Source of the DNA: Firmicutes bacterium UBA3553
GTDB taxonomy: Bacteria > Bacillota > Clostridia > Tissierellales > Sedimentibacteraceae
Assembly (NCBI GenBank): GCA_002381185.1
Contig: DFOA01000041.1
Span: 57,994 to 81,993, forward strand
Direction of reading: 5' to 3'
DNA length: 24,000 nt
Each line of letters starts with the position of its first letter. The stretch's first letter is position 1. Of this stretch, positions 9,790 through 16,895 are shown in pieces. The position numbers were made by a program, and so were the translations under genes. The notes below the pieces were generated by a model, which was not told the DNA's origin, searched no databases, and was given only the letters and a program-made list of their open reading frames with translations.

Positions 9790-9859
9790 ATAAAATAATT
9801 GTACGTATACTTTATGTTTGCGGGCAATTTAAAGTAATGAAAAACATCGGAGGTATAGC

Positions 9860-11248
9860 GTGAATATAAATAAAATAGTAGAAAATGTTCCGGATTACAA
9901 GGTATTTTTAACCGTTGATGAGATGGATGAAAGTACCCTTCAACTTCAAAGAGATTATCCAGAAGTTGTGGAAGTTTTCGAAGCAGGCAGATCAAGAGAA
10001 AATCACCGTATATTATGTTTGAAAATCGGCAAAGGAAAAAAGAACGCTCTTTGTTTTGCCTGCCCTCATCCAAATGAACCCATAGGGGTAATGACACTGG
10101 AATATTTGTCAAGGGCACTGGCTGAGGATGATGAATTCAGGGAATCAACAGAATATACCTGGTATATAATCAAATGTGTTGATCCTGACGGAACAAAGTT
10201 AAATGAAAACTGGTTTAAAGGACCATTCAATATCTATAATTATATGAAAAATTATTTTAGGCCTGCAAGCAATAAACAGGTAGAATGGACGTTTCCCATA
10301 GATTATAAGAAGCTCCATTTCAATGATGCACTTCCTGAAACGAAGGCAATAATGGATATTATAGAAAAAACAAGGCCGGAATTTATGTATACTTTGCATA
10401 ATGCAGGTCTTTGCGGAGCCTATTGGTACATAACTCATGAATATGACGACATATATGATGAACTAAGGAAAACAGCACTGAAAAACGGCGTTGCCCTTCA
10501 ACTGGGAGAGGCGGAAAGTCCTGCATGTATAAAGCTTTCAGATGCAATTTACAAAATGTCCGGCATATCTGAAGAATATGATTATTTGGAAAGATATTCG
10601 GACATCCCTCCAGAAAAAATATGCCAGGGAGGTACCAGCAGTTCTGATTATGCATCAAGATACAATGATTGTGTGACGCTGATGACTGAACTGCCGTATT
10701 TTGCAGATGACAGAATATCGGACTCTTCACCTGCGGATATAACAAGGAGACAGTCCATAAGAGATAAAATAAAAAATACGGTTGAGCATTACAGAGGGCT
10801 GGATAGAGAATTGAGCAAGGTCAGAAAGTATATTGTTCCGGATAATCCGTTTGTCTTGCTTGTGGAACAGATTATCGCAGGATTGGATTCTTCCACTGAT
10901 GCTCAAATGAAGTGGTCGGATAATCCCGAATTCGAAAGGCCTGCGAAGGTGTCGGAAGTATTTGACAATGAGCTGGTAAGCAAATTTTATAACAGTCTTT
11001 CAACAAGTCTTTCTGCAAGAGCTTGCCAGTATGAGCTGGACAGGCTGAAAAAAGAGGGATGTGAAGACAATGAAGCATCTCATCAGCTGCAGGAAGTATA
11101 CGAAGTACTGTCGAAGAACCTGAAGAATGAATGCGAATATCTTGAAAACAAATTAAATTATAAGGTTGTGCCTATACGTGATCTTGTGAGGATTCAAATA
11201 GAATGTGGTTTGATTGTAGCAAGCCGCAGGCAAAAAAATAAGAATTAA
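9860..11248 (+). CDS. M14-like zinc carboxypeptidase/amidase family protein (462 aa)
   Basis: HxxE zinc motif in CFACPHPNEPIG, a later YTLHNAG candidate third ligand, and no signal peptide (cytoplasmic). The GTG start lies 6 nt after GGAGG (9849-9853). There is no terminator between it and the SBP gene. Confidence 0.6.
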   Translation: MNINKIVENVPDYKVFLTVDEMDESTLQLQRDYPEVVEVFEAGRSRENHRILCLKIGKGKKNALCFACPHPNEPIGVMTLEYLSRALAEDDEFRESTEYTWYIIKCVDPDGTKLNENWFKGPFNIYNYMKNYFRPASNKQVEWTFPIDYKKLHFNDALPETKAIMDIIEKTRPEFMYTLHNAGLCGAYWYITHEYDDIYDELRKTALKNGVALQLGEAESPACIKLSDAIYKMSGISEEYDYLERYSDIPPEKICQGGTSSSDYASRYNDCVTLMTELPYFADDRISDSSPADITRRQSIRDKIKNTVEHYRGLDRELSKVRKYIVPDNPFVLLVEQIIAGLDSSTDAQMKWSDNPEFERPAKVSEVFDNELVSKFYNSLSTSLSARACQYELDRLKKEGCEDNEASHQLQEVYEVLSKNLKNECEYLENKLNYKVVPIRDLVRIQIECGLIVASRRQKNKN

Positions 11249-11265
11249 TAGATAAATGAATAAAT

Positions 11266-11312
11266 AAAACACTCCTACTAACAATAATAAAAAAATAAAT
11301 AGGAGTGTTTTT
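11266..11312 (+). terminator. Putative terminator ending the peptide operon
   Basis: 12-bp perfect stem AAAACACTCCTA (11266-11277) / TAGGAGTGTTTT (11300-11311) with an unusually long A-rich 22-nt loop. The right arm also supplies the AGGAG RBS of the next gene. Confidence 0.5.
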
Positions 11313-11314
11313 AT

Positions 11315-11557
11315 ATGCCAGAATATTCAGGAAGAGTTGATATACGTGCAATTATGCCGCACCAGGATAAATATCCTACTGTCCACAAAACCTTTGAATC
11401 TTTAAATGCAGGTGAAAAAATGGAGCTCATAAATGACCATGACTTTAAGCCTATTTTCACATACAAATTCCCAGATGATTTTCCCGGTCAATATGAATGG
11501 AACTATTTAGAGCAAGGGCCTGAAGTGTGGAGGGTGGAGATTAAAAAAATAAGGTAA
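11315..11557 (+). CDS. DUF2249 domain-containing protein (80 aa)
   Basis: The size and pattern DIRAI.PHQDKYPTVHKTFESLNAGEKMELINDHDFKPI...GPEVWRVEIKK match my memory of the DUF2249 (SirA/TusA-like fold) family. Confidence 0.6.
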   Translation: MPEYSGRVDIRAIMPHQDKYPTVHKTFESLNAGEKMELINDHDFKPIFTYKFPDDFPGQYEWNYLEQGPEVWRVEIKKIR

Positions 11558-11572
11558 ATTACATTTTACCTT
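11551..11572. terminator. Short hairpin spanning both stop codons of the convergent DUF2249 / YkvI genes (possible bidirectional terminator)
   Basis: AAGGTAAA (11551-11558) / TTTACCTT (11565-11572) with a 6-nt loop, flanked by AAAAAAAT upstream and TAAATTTT downstream. Confidence 0.4.
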
Positions 11573-12641
11573 TAAATTTTGCAGATATTTTACCATTGAA
11601 TCTGGTATGGATAAAACATATCAGAAGTACAATTCCGCCATAACCGACCAACGGGTATAAATATTTGACCAAATTTGAAAATCCGAACTGACTTGCCAAT
11701 AAAGCAGCTATAGTAGATACTGCAACAATTATAATACTATTTAATGAAAATTTTTGTATGTCAGTGATTCTGGATGCAAATCCGTATAAAGAACCTACTG
11801 CGGTTGTATAAATTTCAGCTATCAGAACCACAGCATATGCCAACTGTACGGGGTAGGATATTCTTCCCGCCACATAAATCATGGGGACTTCAAGATTAGC
11901 AATTTCTGAAATGCTTCCGCTCAGTGCAAGATAAATCATAACAGACCCTAATCCAAGCCCGAGTCCTCCCAGGATAGCCCCTTTTTTTACAGCCTCTTTG
12001 TCTTTTGCTTCGGATCCAAGCGGCCCCAGCACCGCGACGGAAAGTATAATGTTGTATGATACATACAAGACCGAAGACAAAAACCAGTTGCTTATGATTC
12101 TGTTCTCTGCGAAGAGTGCTGATGAAGATGTAAAATCAGGCGGGGAAACGGAAATTGAAAATAAACTTGTTCCGATGACTGCCGTTAACAGAAATGGAAC
12201 CACAAAGCTGATAGAATTAATTACACCGTTTATGCCTGTTAATACAGTTACCGCTGTCAGAACTGCCATGAGTATATTTCCTATCAGGCGCGGTAAATTA
12301 AATTGCTGGGTGAACAAAGCACCGGTGCCGGCTATCATTGCCGTAAAAGATCCGAAAAGAAAGAAAGTAATCAGTGAGTCTATTATCGTACCCATTATCC
12401 TGCTGCTGGAATGCCTTATGATTTCAACATGGGAACGGGCACCCAGCTTTTTTCCTAAATCCATTACAATATATCCGAACAATATAAACATTATTGTGGT
12501 AACTAATATACCTGCCAGCCCCATTAGCCCGAACCTTGTAAAAAACTGCAGTATTTCCTGTCCTGTTGCGAAACCGGCTCCGACTATTGTTCCTATGTAT
12601 GTTGCTGCAACCTTCAGCGCTGAGACCTTTTTTTTGCTCAT
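11559..12641 (-). CDS. YkvI-family polytopic membrane protein (putative transporter of the amino-acid/spore-germination permease type)
   Basis: The N-terminus MSKKKVSALKVAATYIGTIVGAGFATGQEILQFF is characteristic of YkvI-like proteins, and there are about 10-11 hydrophobic segments. The start was set to the ATG at 12641 (AAAGGA 9 nt upstream). The track start at 12671 has no RBS. Confidence 0.6.
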   Translation of the reverse strand: MSKKKVSALKVAATYIGTIVGAGFATGQEILQFFTRFGLMGLAGILVTTIMFILFGYIVMDLGKKLGARSHVEIIRHSSSRIMGTIIDSLITFFLFGSFTAMIAGTGALFTQQFNLPRLIGNILMAVLTAVTVLTGINGVINSISFVVPFLLTAVIGTSLFSISVSPPDFTSSSALFAENRIISNWFLSSVLYVSYNIILSVAVLGPLGSEAKDKEAVKKGAILGGLGLGLGSVMIYLALSGSISEIANLEVPMIYVAGRISYPVQLAYAVVLIAEIYTTAVGSLYGFASRITDIQKFSLNSIIIVAVSTIAALLASQFGFSNLVKYLYPLVGYGGIVLLICFIHTRFNGKISAKFKGKM

Positions 12642-12747
12642 CCTGCCACATCCTTTCAACCTATATAACATTGTATAAGGTATAAGGATTTTTATGACTT
12701 AACGTACAGCAAAAGATACGCATGCCGGATATTATCATGTCTGAAAT

Positions 12748-13302
12748 TCAATCAGCCATGGATTTGTAAACTTTTTGAACTGTATTGATATTCCTTGAAG
12801 TCAGCAGATTTTTGTATTTTTTGTTTCCAAGTACCTTTGAGCCGAAATAACTTTTAAGGGTATCACCCTTTGATACAATCCAAAAAGTACCGGCTTCAAG
12901 TATAACCAATTTCTCGTTCGGCATATGTGACACAGAATCAAAAAGATTCTTCAATTCCGGGGACAGCTCCTTGTCGTCATACAATAAGCAATAATTGTGG
13001 AATCCCTCCGGTACATCAATTGTTTGAGCGGCAGCACATATTTCATAAATTTCTTTATTATTGAGTATTATAACATGAGCATCATAATGAAAACATTTAC
13101 TCAGCTCTTCTTCAATAAAAGATTTTAATTTTTGCCTGCAGCTGTTGCATTCGGATAAAAATATAATTACATTTCCTGTTGCAAGTATTGTCTTGACATC
13201 CTGAAATCCCATTTTACAAAAGGTTTCTTTCAGAGCACTCATTTTTATGTTAATTCCATTCACATTAATTCCACGAAGGAATACACAATATTTTTCTCCC
13301 AT
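12748..13302 (-). CDS. DUF1697 domain-containing protein
   Basis: The N-terminal YCVFLRGINVNGINIKMSALKE motif and a length of about 180 aa are typical of DUF1697. The RBS GGTGA overlaps the stop of the upstream GNAT gene, indicating translational coupling. Confidence 0.7.
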   Translation of the reverse strand: MGEKYCVFLRGINVNGINIKMSALKETFCKMGFQDVKTILATGNVIIFLSECNSCRQKLKSFIEEELSKCFHYDAHVIILNNKEIYEICAAAQTIDVPEGFHNYCLLYDDKELSPELKNLFDSVSHMPNEKLVILEAGTFWIVSKGDTLKSYFGSKVLGNKKYKNLLTSRNINTVQKVYKSMAD

Positions 13303-13307
13303 TTAAA

Positions 13308-13847
13308 TCACCATTCAGAACGGAGCAATCTATATGCAACGCGATCCTTAAACATTCCATCATGCCATTGATATTCTTTGAATTCTGCTTCTTTTATCAT
13401 TCCGCATTTTTGCATTACTCTTTCCGAGGCTTTATTTTCTTTTAAACATCCGCATGAAATTCTGAATACGTCATTTTCAAAAGCAAACTGAATCACTTTT
13501 TTTAGCGCCTCTGCCGTATACCCAAGCCCCCAGTATTTGTCACGTATAAAATATCCCACTTCAACATGTTTCCCGGCAGGTGTAAACTCTAAAACCGTAT
13601 ATCCTATTTCACCTATGTGTTCATTTGTCAGCTTGTTTTCTATTCTAAAAAAATAATACCTTCTGTCAGTACATCCGATTTGATCAATTGCCGTACGCAA
13701 ATTAGCTTCAGATTCTTCTATGCTGTCTGTTACTATATCCTGCAAAAACCACATTGCTTTTTTATCAGAAAGCAATTCATGGTGTGATGCAAGGTCTGCG
13801 CTTGTGTGGTCGCGAATTAAGAGTTTGTCGGTACATAATTGAATCAT
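13308..13847 (-). CDS. GNAT-family N-acetyltransferase (RimJ/RimL-like)
   Basis: LLIRDHTSADLASHHELLSD..., the acetyl-CoA pocket region YWGLGYTAEALKKVIQFAF and the C-terminus CGMIKEAEFKEY...DRVAYRLLRSEW. The ATG at 13847 lies 5 nt after GGAGG. The track ATG at 13859 overlaps that SD. Confidence 0.85.
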   Translation of the reverse strand: MIQLCTDKLLIRDHTSADLASHHELLSDKKAMWFLQDIVTDSIEESEANLRTAIDQIGCTDRRYYFFRIENKLTNEHIGEIGYTVLEFTPAGKHVEVGYFIRDKYWGLGYTAEALKKVIQFAFENDVFRISCGCLKENKASERVMQKCGMIKEAEFKEYQWHDGMFKDRVAYRLLRSEW

Positions 13848-14049
13848 ATATGCCTCCATTTCAATATGTAAATTATAAATTTATTTTATTATAAACCATG
13901 CAATAAGCTAAACACAACCGCATTTTATAGCATTTTGAGAAATTCAGTAAATATTGTTTCGTCAATCCATACTAATCCTTCTTTTGTTTTTGAAATACAT
14001 TGCTGCTGCAATACATTGGAATACTGAAAATCCCAGGAAACAATTTTTC

Positions 14050-14077
14050 TTGAATATTCAATGAAATTTGATATAAT
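14050..14077 (+). promoter_or_regulatory. Sigma-A type promoter for the upstream GGDEF gene
   Basis: TTGAAT (14050-14055), a 16-nt spacer with an extended -10 TG (14069-14070), then TATAAT (14072-14077). This implies a leader of about 160 nt. Confidence 0.55.
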
Positions 14078-14245
14078 ATAATTAGATGATTATTTATACA
14101 GGTTTTTGCCTTATTGAAAAAGGGTGTATATGGTAACAAATAAATTAACAAACGGATTATTTCCGGAAAATAAGAACATTTATATGAAAGATCAATGAAA
14201 ATAACGTGTAAACATAAAAAGGTTCCGGAAAGAAGGGAATAGATA

Positions 14246-15415
14246 TTGACATCTTCTGTCATAGATATGAGAAGCACTTCAATTATTATAGTGATAGGGC
14301 ATATATTAGCAGTTGTACTGCTGGCTTCATATGCCATACAACCCAAAAGCAAAAATGAACCTGTGAAAATATATCTTCAAGCTAAGTTAATTCAGTGCAT
14401 TGGCTGGATAATGCTTTTACTGAGGGGCTATATATCTGACATTCTCTCCATTTCAGTTGCCAATTCCGTATTTTTTATCGGCGTAGCGGCTGAAATGACT
14501 GCTTACCTGGTTCTAAGCGGCAATTATAATAAAAGAATAAAACAATATAATTATATTTTCATTAGCGGCTATATCCTTATTTTTAATCTTGTGACAGTAT
14601 TTTATAATATTGAGAGCATAAGAGTATTAACAGCATCATTATTAACCTCATTATTGATGATATATCCCACCTATAAAATTATTAGTGAAAAAAATTCCTC
14701 TGTGCTGCAAAAGATAATGTGTGTTTTTTTAATTATAACGATTATTATATGGCTTGTTCGGGCGTATCTGGCTGTCACTATACCATATTCCTTGAATTTC
14801 TTATTTACTGATTATCCTAATACATGGATATTTTTTGCAGTGTCCATAGTTATACTTACAGGAAGTACAGGATTTATACTCCTGGCTAAGGAAAAGCAGG
14901 ACGCAGAAATAAAAAAAGCCGCATGCTTTGATGAACTTACCGATATATTGAACCGAAGGACCTTCATACTGCGTTTCAAAGAATCTATTTCAATGTTGCT
15001 AAGTAAACATGAATTTCTTTCGTTTTTACTTATAGATATTGATGATTTTAAAAATGTAAATGATACCCACGGACATTATGTGGGAGACATTGTACTGAAA
15101 TCCTTTGCGGATATAATAAAAAGCAATCTGAGGGAATACGATTTGTTCGGAAGATACGGAGGTGAAGAATTTGCCGTTATGCTTCCCGGAGCTGATGAAA
15201 AAGAATCACTTGAAATAGCCGAAAGATTAAGAAAGGCAGTAGAAAATTCCTCGCCTGATTTTACTCAGGAAATAAAGTACACTGTAAGTATAGGTGCCGT
15301 GACTATTGCCGCGGATAGGGATATCAATTTAGAGATGCTTTACAAATTAAGCGACAAAGCACTCTACAAGGCTAAGGAGCAAGGCAAGAATCAGGTTGTC
15401 GGAATCAAAGTTTAA
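14246..15415 (+). CDS. Membrane-anchored diguanylate cyclase (multi-pass N-terminal domain + GGDEF domain)
   Basis: About 210 aa of 6-7 hydrophobic segments, followed by DELTDILNRR, IDIDDFKNVNDTHGH, RYGGEEFAV (GGEEF at 15158-15172), the I-site REYD five residues upstream (15131-15142) and DKALYKAKEQGKNQV. The TTG at 14246 lies 8 nt after GAAGGG. An alternative start is the ATG at 14267. Confidence 0.9.
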   Translation: MTSSVIDMRSTSIIIVIGHILAVVLLASYAIQPKSKNEPVKIYLQAKLIQCIGWIMLLLRGYISDILSISVANSVFFIGVAAEMTAYLVLSGNYNKRIKQYNYIFISGYILIFNLVTVFYNIESIRVLTASLLTSLLMIYPTYKIISEKNSSVLQKIMCVFLIITIIIWLVRAYLAVTIPYSLNFLFTDYPNTWIFFAVSIVILTGSTGFILLAKEKQDAEIKKAACFDELTDILNRRTFILRFKESISMLLSKHEFLSFLLIDIDDFKNVNDTHGHYVGDIVLKSFADIIKSNLREYDLFGRYGGEEFAVMLPGADEKESLEIAERLRKAVENSSPDFTQEIKYTVSIGAVTIAADRDINLEMLYKLSDKALYKAKEQGKNQVVGIKV

Positions 15416-15458
15416 AGCTACATTAATATTTTCATAATGTTAATGTAGCTTTATTATT
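15414..15458 (+). terminator. Rho-independent terminator after the first GGDEF gene
   Basis: 13-bp perfect stem AAAGCTACATTAA (15414-15426) / TTAATGTAGCTTT (15440-15452) with a 13-nt loop, followed by ATTATTT. It overlaps the stop codon. Confidence 0.7.
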
Positions 15459-15525
15459 TAAGAGGACGCATTTAGTTAATGAAGTTTACATATCTTATGT
15501 ATTTTTTTACCTATACTAAAAAGCG

Positions 15526-15554
15526 TTGTGTTTTTCCGCATGTAATGATATAAT
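15526..15554 (+). promoter_or_regulatory. Candidate promoter of the agr-type operon
   Basis: TTGTGT (15526-15531), a 17-nt spacer with an extended -10 TG (15546-15547), then the consensus TATAAT (15549-15554). It lies 39 nt upstream of the ATG at 15593. Confidence 0.5.
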
Positions 15555-15592
15555 TTGCTAATAAATTATGTCTATAAAGTAGGAGAAATTAT

Positions 15593-16045
15593 ATGTTGCA
15601 TCAACCATTATATTCATTGTTTATTAGAATGATTCCTGAAGCTTTTTTGATAATGCATTCAATTTGTCTGCTGACTGCTTCACATAAAGATTTAAAAAAA
15701 ATATCAACTGCTGCTGTTCTAGGAGGAATTGGAGTATATATAGTAAGGCTGATGCCAATTCATTTTGGGGTACATACAATTTTGTCAGTTATGATTGATA
15801 TACTATTGGTTGTAAAAATACTTGATATTAATATACAAAAAGCTATATCAGGAACACTAATATCAATAATTATAATTTTTATGTCTGATATAATTCTTTT
15901 TGCAATTTATACAAATGTTTTTCACTTTTCATCCGAAGTAATTGCGGGACAAACAATTGTATCTGTTATTTCAGGAATTCCTTCCCTGATTATATTTTAT
16001 TTTATAATACGAGCAGTTGTATATGTAAAGGAAAAGAGGTTTTGA
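15593..16045 (+). CDS. Small polytopic membrane protein (150 aa, about 5 TM), unknown function, first gene of the agr-type operon
   Basis: RBS AGGAG 7 nt upstream and five hydrophobic segments by eye. The stop TGA (16043-16045) lies 1 nt before the agrB GTG, indicating translational coupling. I recognise no catalytic motif. Confidence 0.7.
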   Translation: MLHQPLYSLFIRMIPEAFLIMHSICLLTASHKDLKKISTAAVLGGIGVYIVRLMPIHFGVHTILSVMIDILLVVKILDINIQKAISGTLISIIIIFMSDIILFAIYTNVFHFSSEVIAGQTIVSVISGIPSLIIFYFIIRAVVYVKEKRF

Positions 16046-16046
16046 T

Positions 16047-16712
16047 GTGAGCAGAATTGAAATGTTTTCAAAATTTATTGCTTCTAAAATCTCAAAAAAT
16101 TTGTCTGTTGACAATGAGCAAGAAGAAGTTATTGCTTATGGTGCCTTTGCATTGATACAAACAATGGTATCCATATTGGCCGTTGCTGTCTTCGGCATTA
16201 TTTTTGATGTGCTGCTGGAATCACTGCTTATTTCTTTTTCGGCAGCGACCTTAAGAAAATTTTCGGGAGGAGCACATGCCACTGCACCAATGAGCTGTGC
16301 ATTAATTGGCATGTTTGTGTTTGGAGTACAAGCTCTTTTTGTTAAGCATTTTATTATAAATTTTAGTTTAATACATTTATTATTAATTATGATTGCAGCA
16401 TTTACATTTGTTTTTTATATTATGTTTAAATACAGTCCGGTGGGTTCTGCTAATAAACCGTTAAAAAAAGAAGCAGTCAGGAGACGCTTAAAAAGGCAGT
16501 CGATAAGCTATGTTATTTTCTTATTGCTGGTAAATGTTGTATTGACAGCTATATATATTAAAACAAAAAACATTTGTTTGGTTTCTGCGGCATCTTGCAT
16601 CACAGCAGGAATTGTATGGCAATCTGTTACTTTGGTATCTCTGGGACATTTAATTATAGAAACTCTGGATAAGGCATTAAGAGGTACAATTTCAGCAAGG
16701 AGGACAAACTAA
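16047..16712 (+). CDS. agrB: AgrB-family accessory gene regulator B (membrane cysteine endopeptidase that processes and cyclises AgrD)
   Basis: The hallmark LRKFSGGAH(77)ATAPMSC(84), with His and Cys 7 residues apart as in the S. aureus AgrB catalytic pair. There are about 5-6 TM segments and a basic loop KPLKKEAVRRRLKRQS. The GTG start lies 7 nt after AAGAGG, and the gene is followed directly by an AgrD-type ORF. Confidence 0.9.
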   Translation: MSRIEMFSKFIASKISKNLSVDNEQEEVIAYGAFALIQTMVSILAVAVFGIIFDVLLESLLISFSAATLRKFSGGAHATAPMSCALIGMFVFGVQALFVKHFIINFSLIHLLLIMIAAFTFVFYIMFKYSPVGSANKPLKKEAVRRRLKRQSISYVIFLLLVNVVLTAIYIKTKNICLVSAASCITAGIVWQSVTLVSLGHLIIETLDKALRGTISARRTN

Positions 16713-16849
16713 TGAAAAAAAACTTAGTATTAAAGGTTATGACTTTGGCTGCAGGTATGTTGACATTTTTAGCAACAACTACTACAGCTTCTGCATGCTG
16801 GTGGGGAATTTATCAGCCGGAAGAACCGAAATCATTAAGAGAAGAGTAA
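16712..16849 (+). CDS. agrD: AgrD-type autoinducing peptide precursor, 45 aa (not in the supplied ORF track)
   Basis: My translation is MKKNLVLKVMTLAAGMLTFLATTTTASACWWGIYQPEEPKSLREE. It has an amphipathic/hydrophobic leader, a Cys followed by 4 residues (CWWGI), and an acidic tail QPEEPKSLREE almost identical to the C. perfringens AgrD tail as I recall it (..SACLWFTHQPEEPKSLRDE). Strong SD AAGGAGGA (16697-16704) 7 nt upstream. The ATG overlaps the agrB stop (TAATG). Confidence 0.9.
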   Translation: MKKNLVLKVMTLAAGMLTFLATTTTASACWWGIYQPEEPKSLREE

Positions 16850-16850
16850 A

Positions 16851-16875
16851 AGGAGGTCTTTAATGACCTCTTTTT
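16851..16875 (+). terminator. Weak hairpin / leaky terminator between agrD and the GGDEF-HD-GYP gene
   Basis: GAGGTC (16853-16858) / GACCTC (16865-16870) with a 6-nt loop, then TTTTT (16871-16875). The stem is only 6 bp, so partial read-through is plausible. Confidence 0.45.
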
Positions 16876-16895
16876 AGGTATCGCAAAGGTGAAAT

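Noticed and set aside
11998-12678. 226-aa + strand ORF
   Set aside because: It lies entirely antisense to the YkvI-type membrane protein gene, has no SD, and its composition is what the reverse complement of a hydrophobic CDS produces. I treat it as a shadow ORF.
14084-14245. Possible c-di-GMP or other riboswitch in the GGDEF gene leader
   Set aside because: I could not find the conserved cores of the c-di-GMP-I/II classes or other riboswitch classes I know. It is kept only as a palindrome-pair observation in the findings.
13972-14352. 126-aa minus-strand ORF spanning the intergenic region and the 5' end of the first GGDEF gene
   Set aside because: It overlaps the predicted promoter and start of the GGDEF gene. 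It has no SD, and its low-complexity AT-driven sequence looks spurious.
15471-15490. AGTT-containing repeats TTAGTTAAT / GAAGTTTAC as possible AgrA (LytTR) boxes
   Set aside because: The start-to-start spacing of about 10 bp is incompatible with the 21-22 bp periodicity of LytTR box pairs, and no LytTR regulator is encoded nearby.
15479-15553. 24-codon ORF (MKFTYLMYFFTYTKKRCVFPHVMI) upstream of the agr-type operon
   Set aside because: It has no SD and runs through the predicted -35/-10 elements. It does not resemble AgrD or any leader peptide I recognise.
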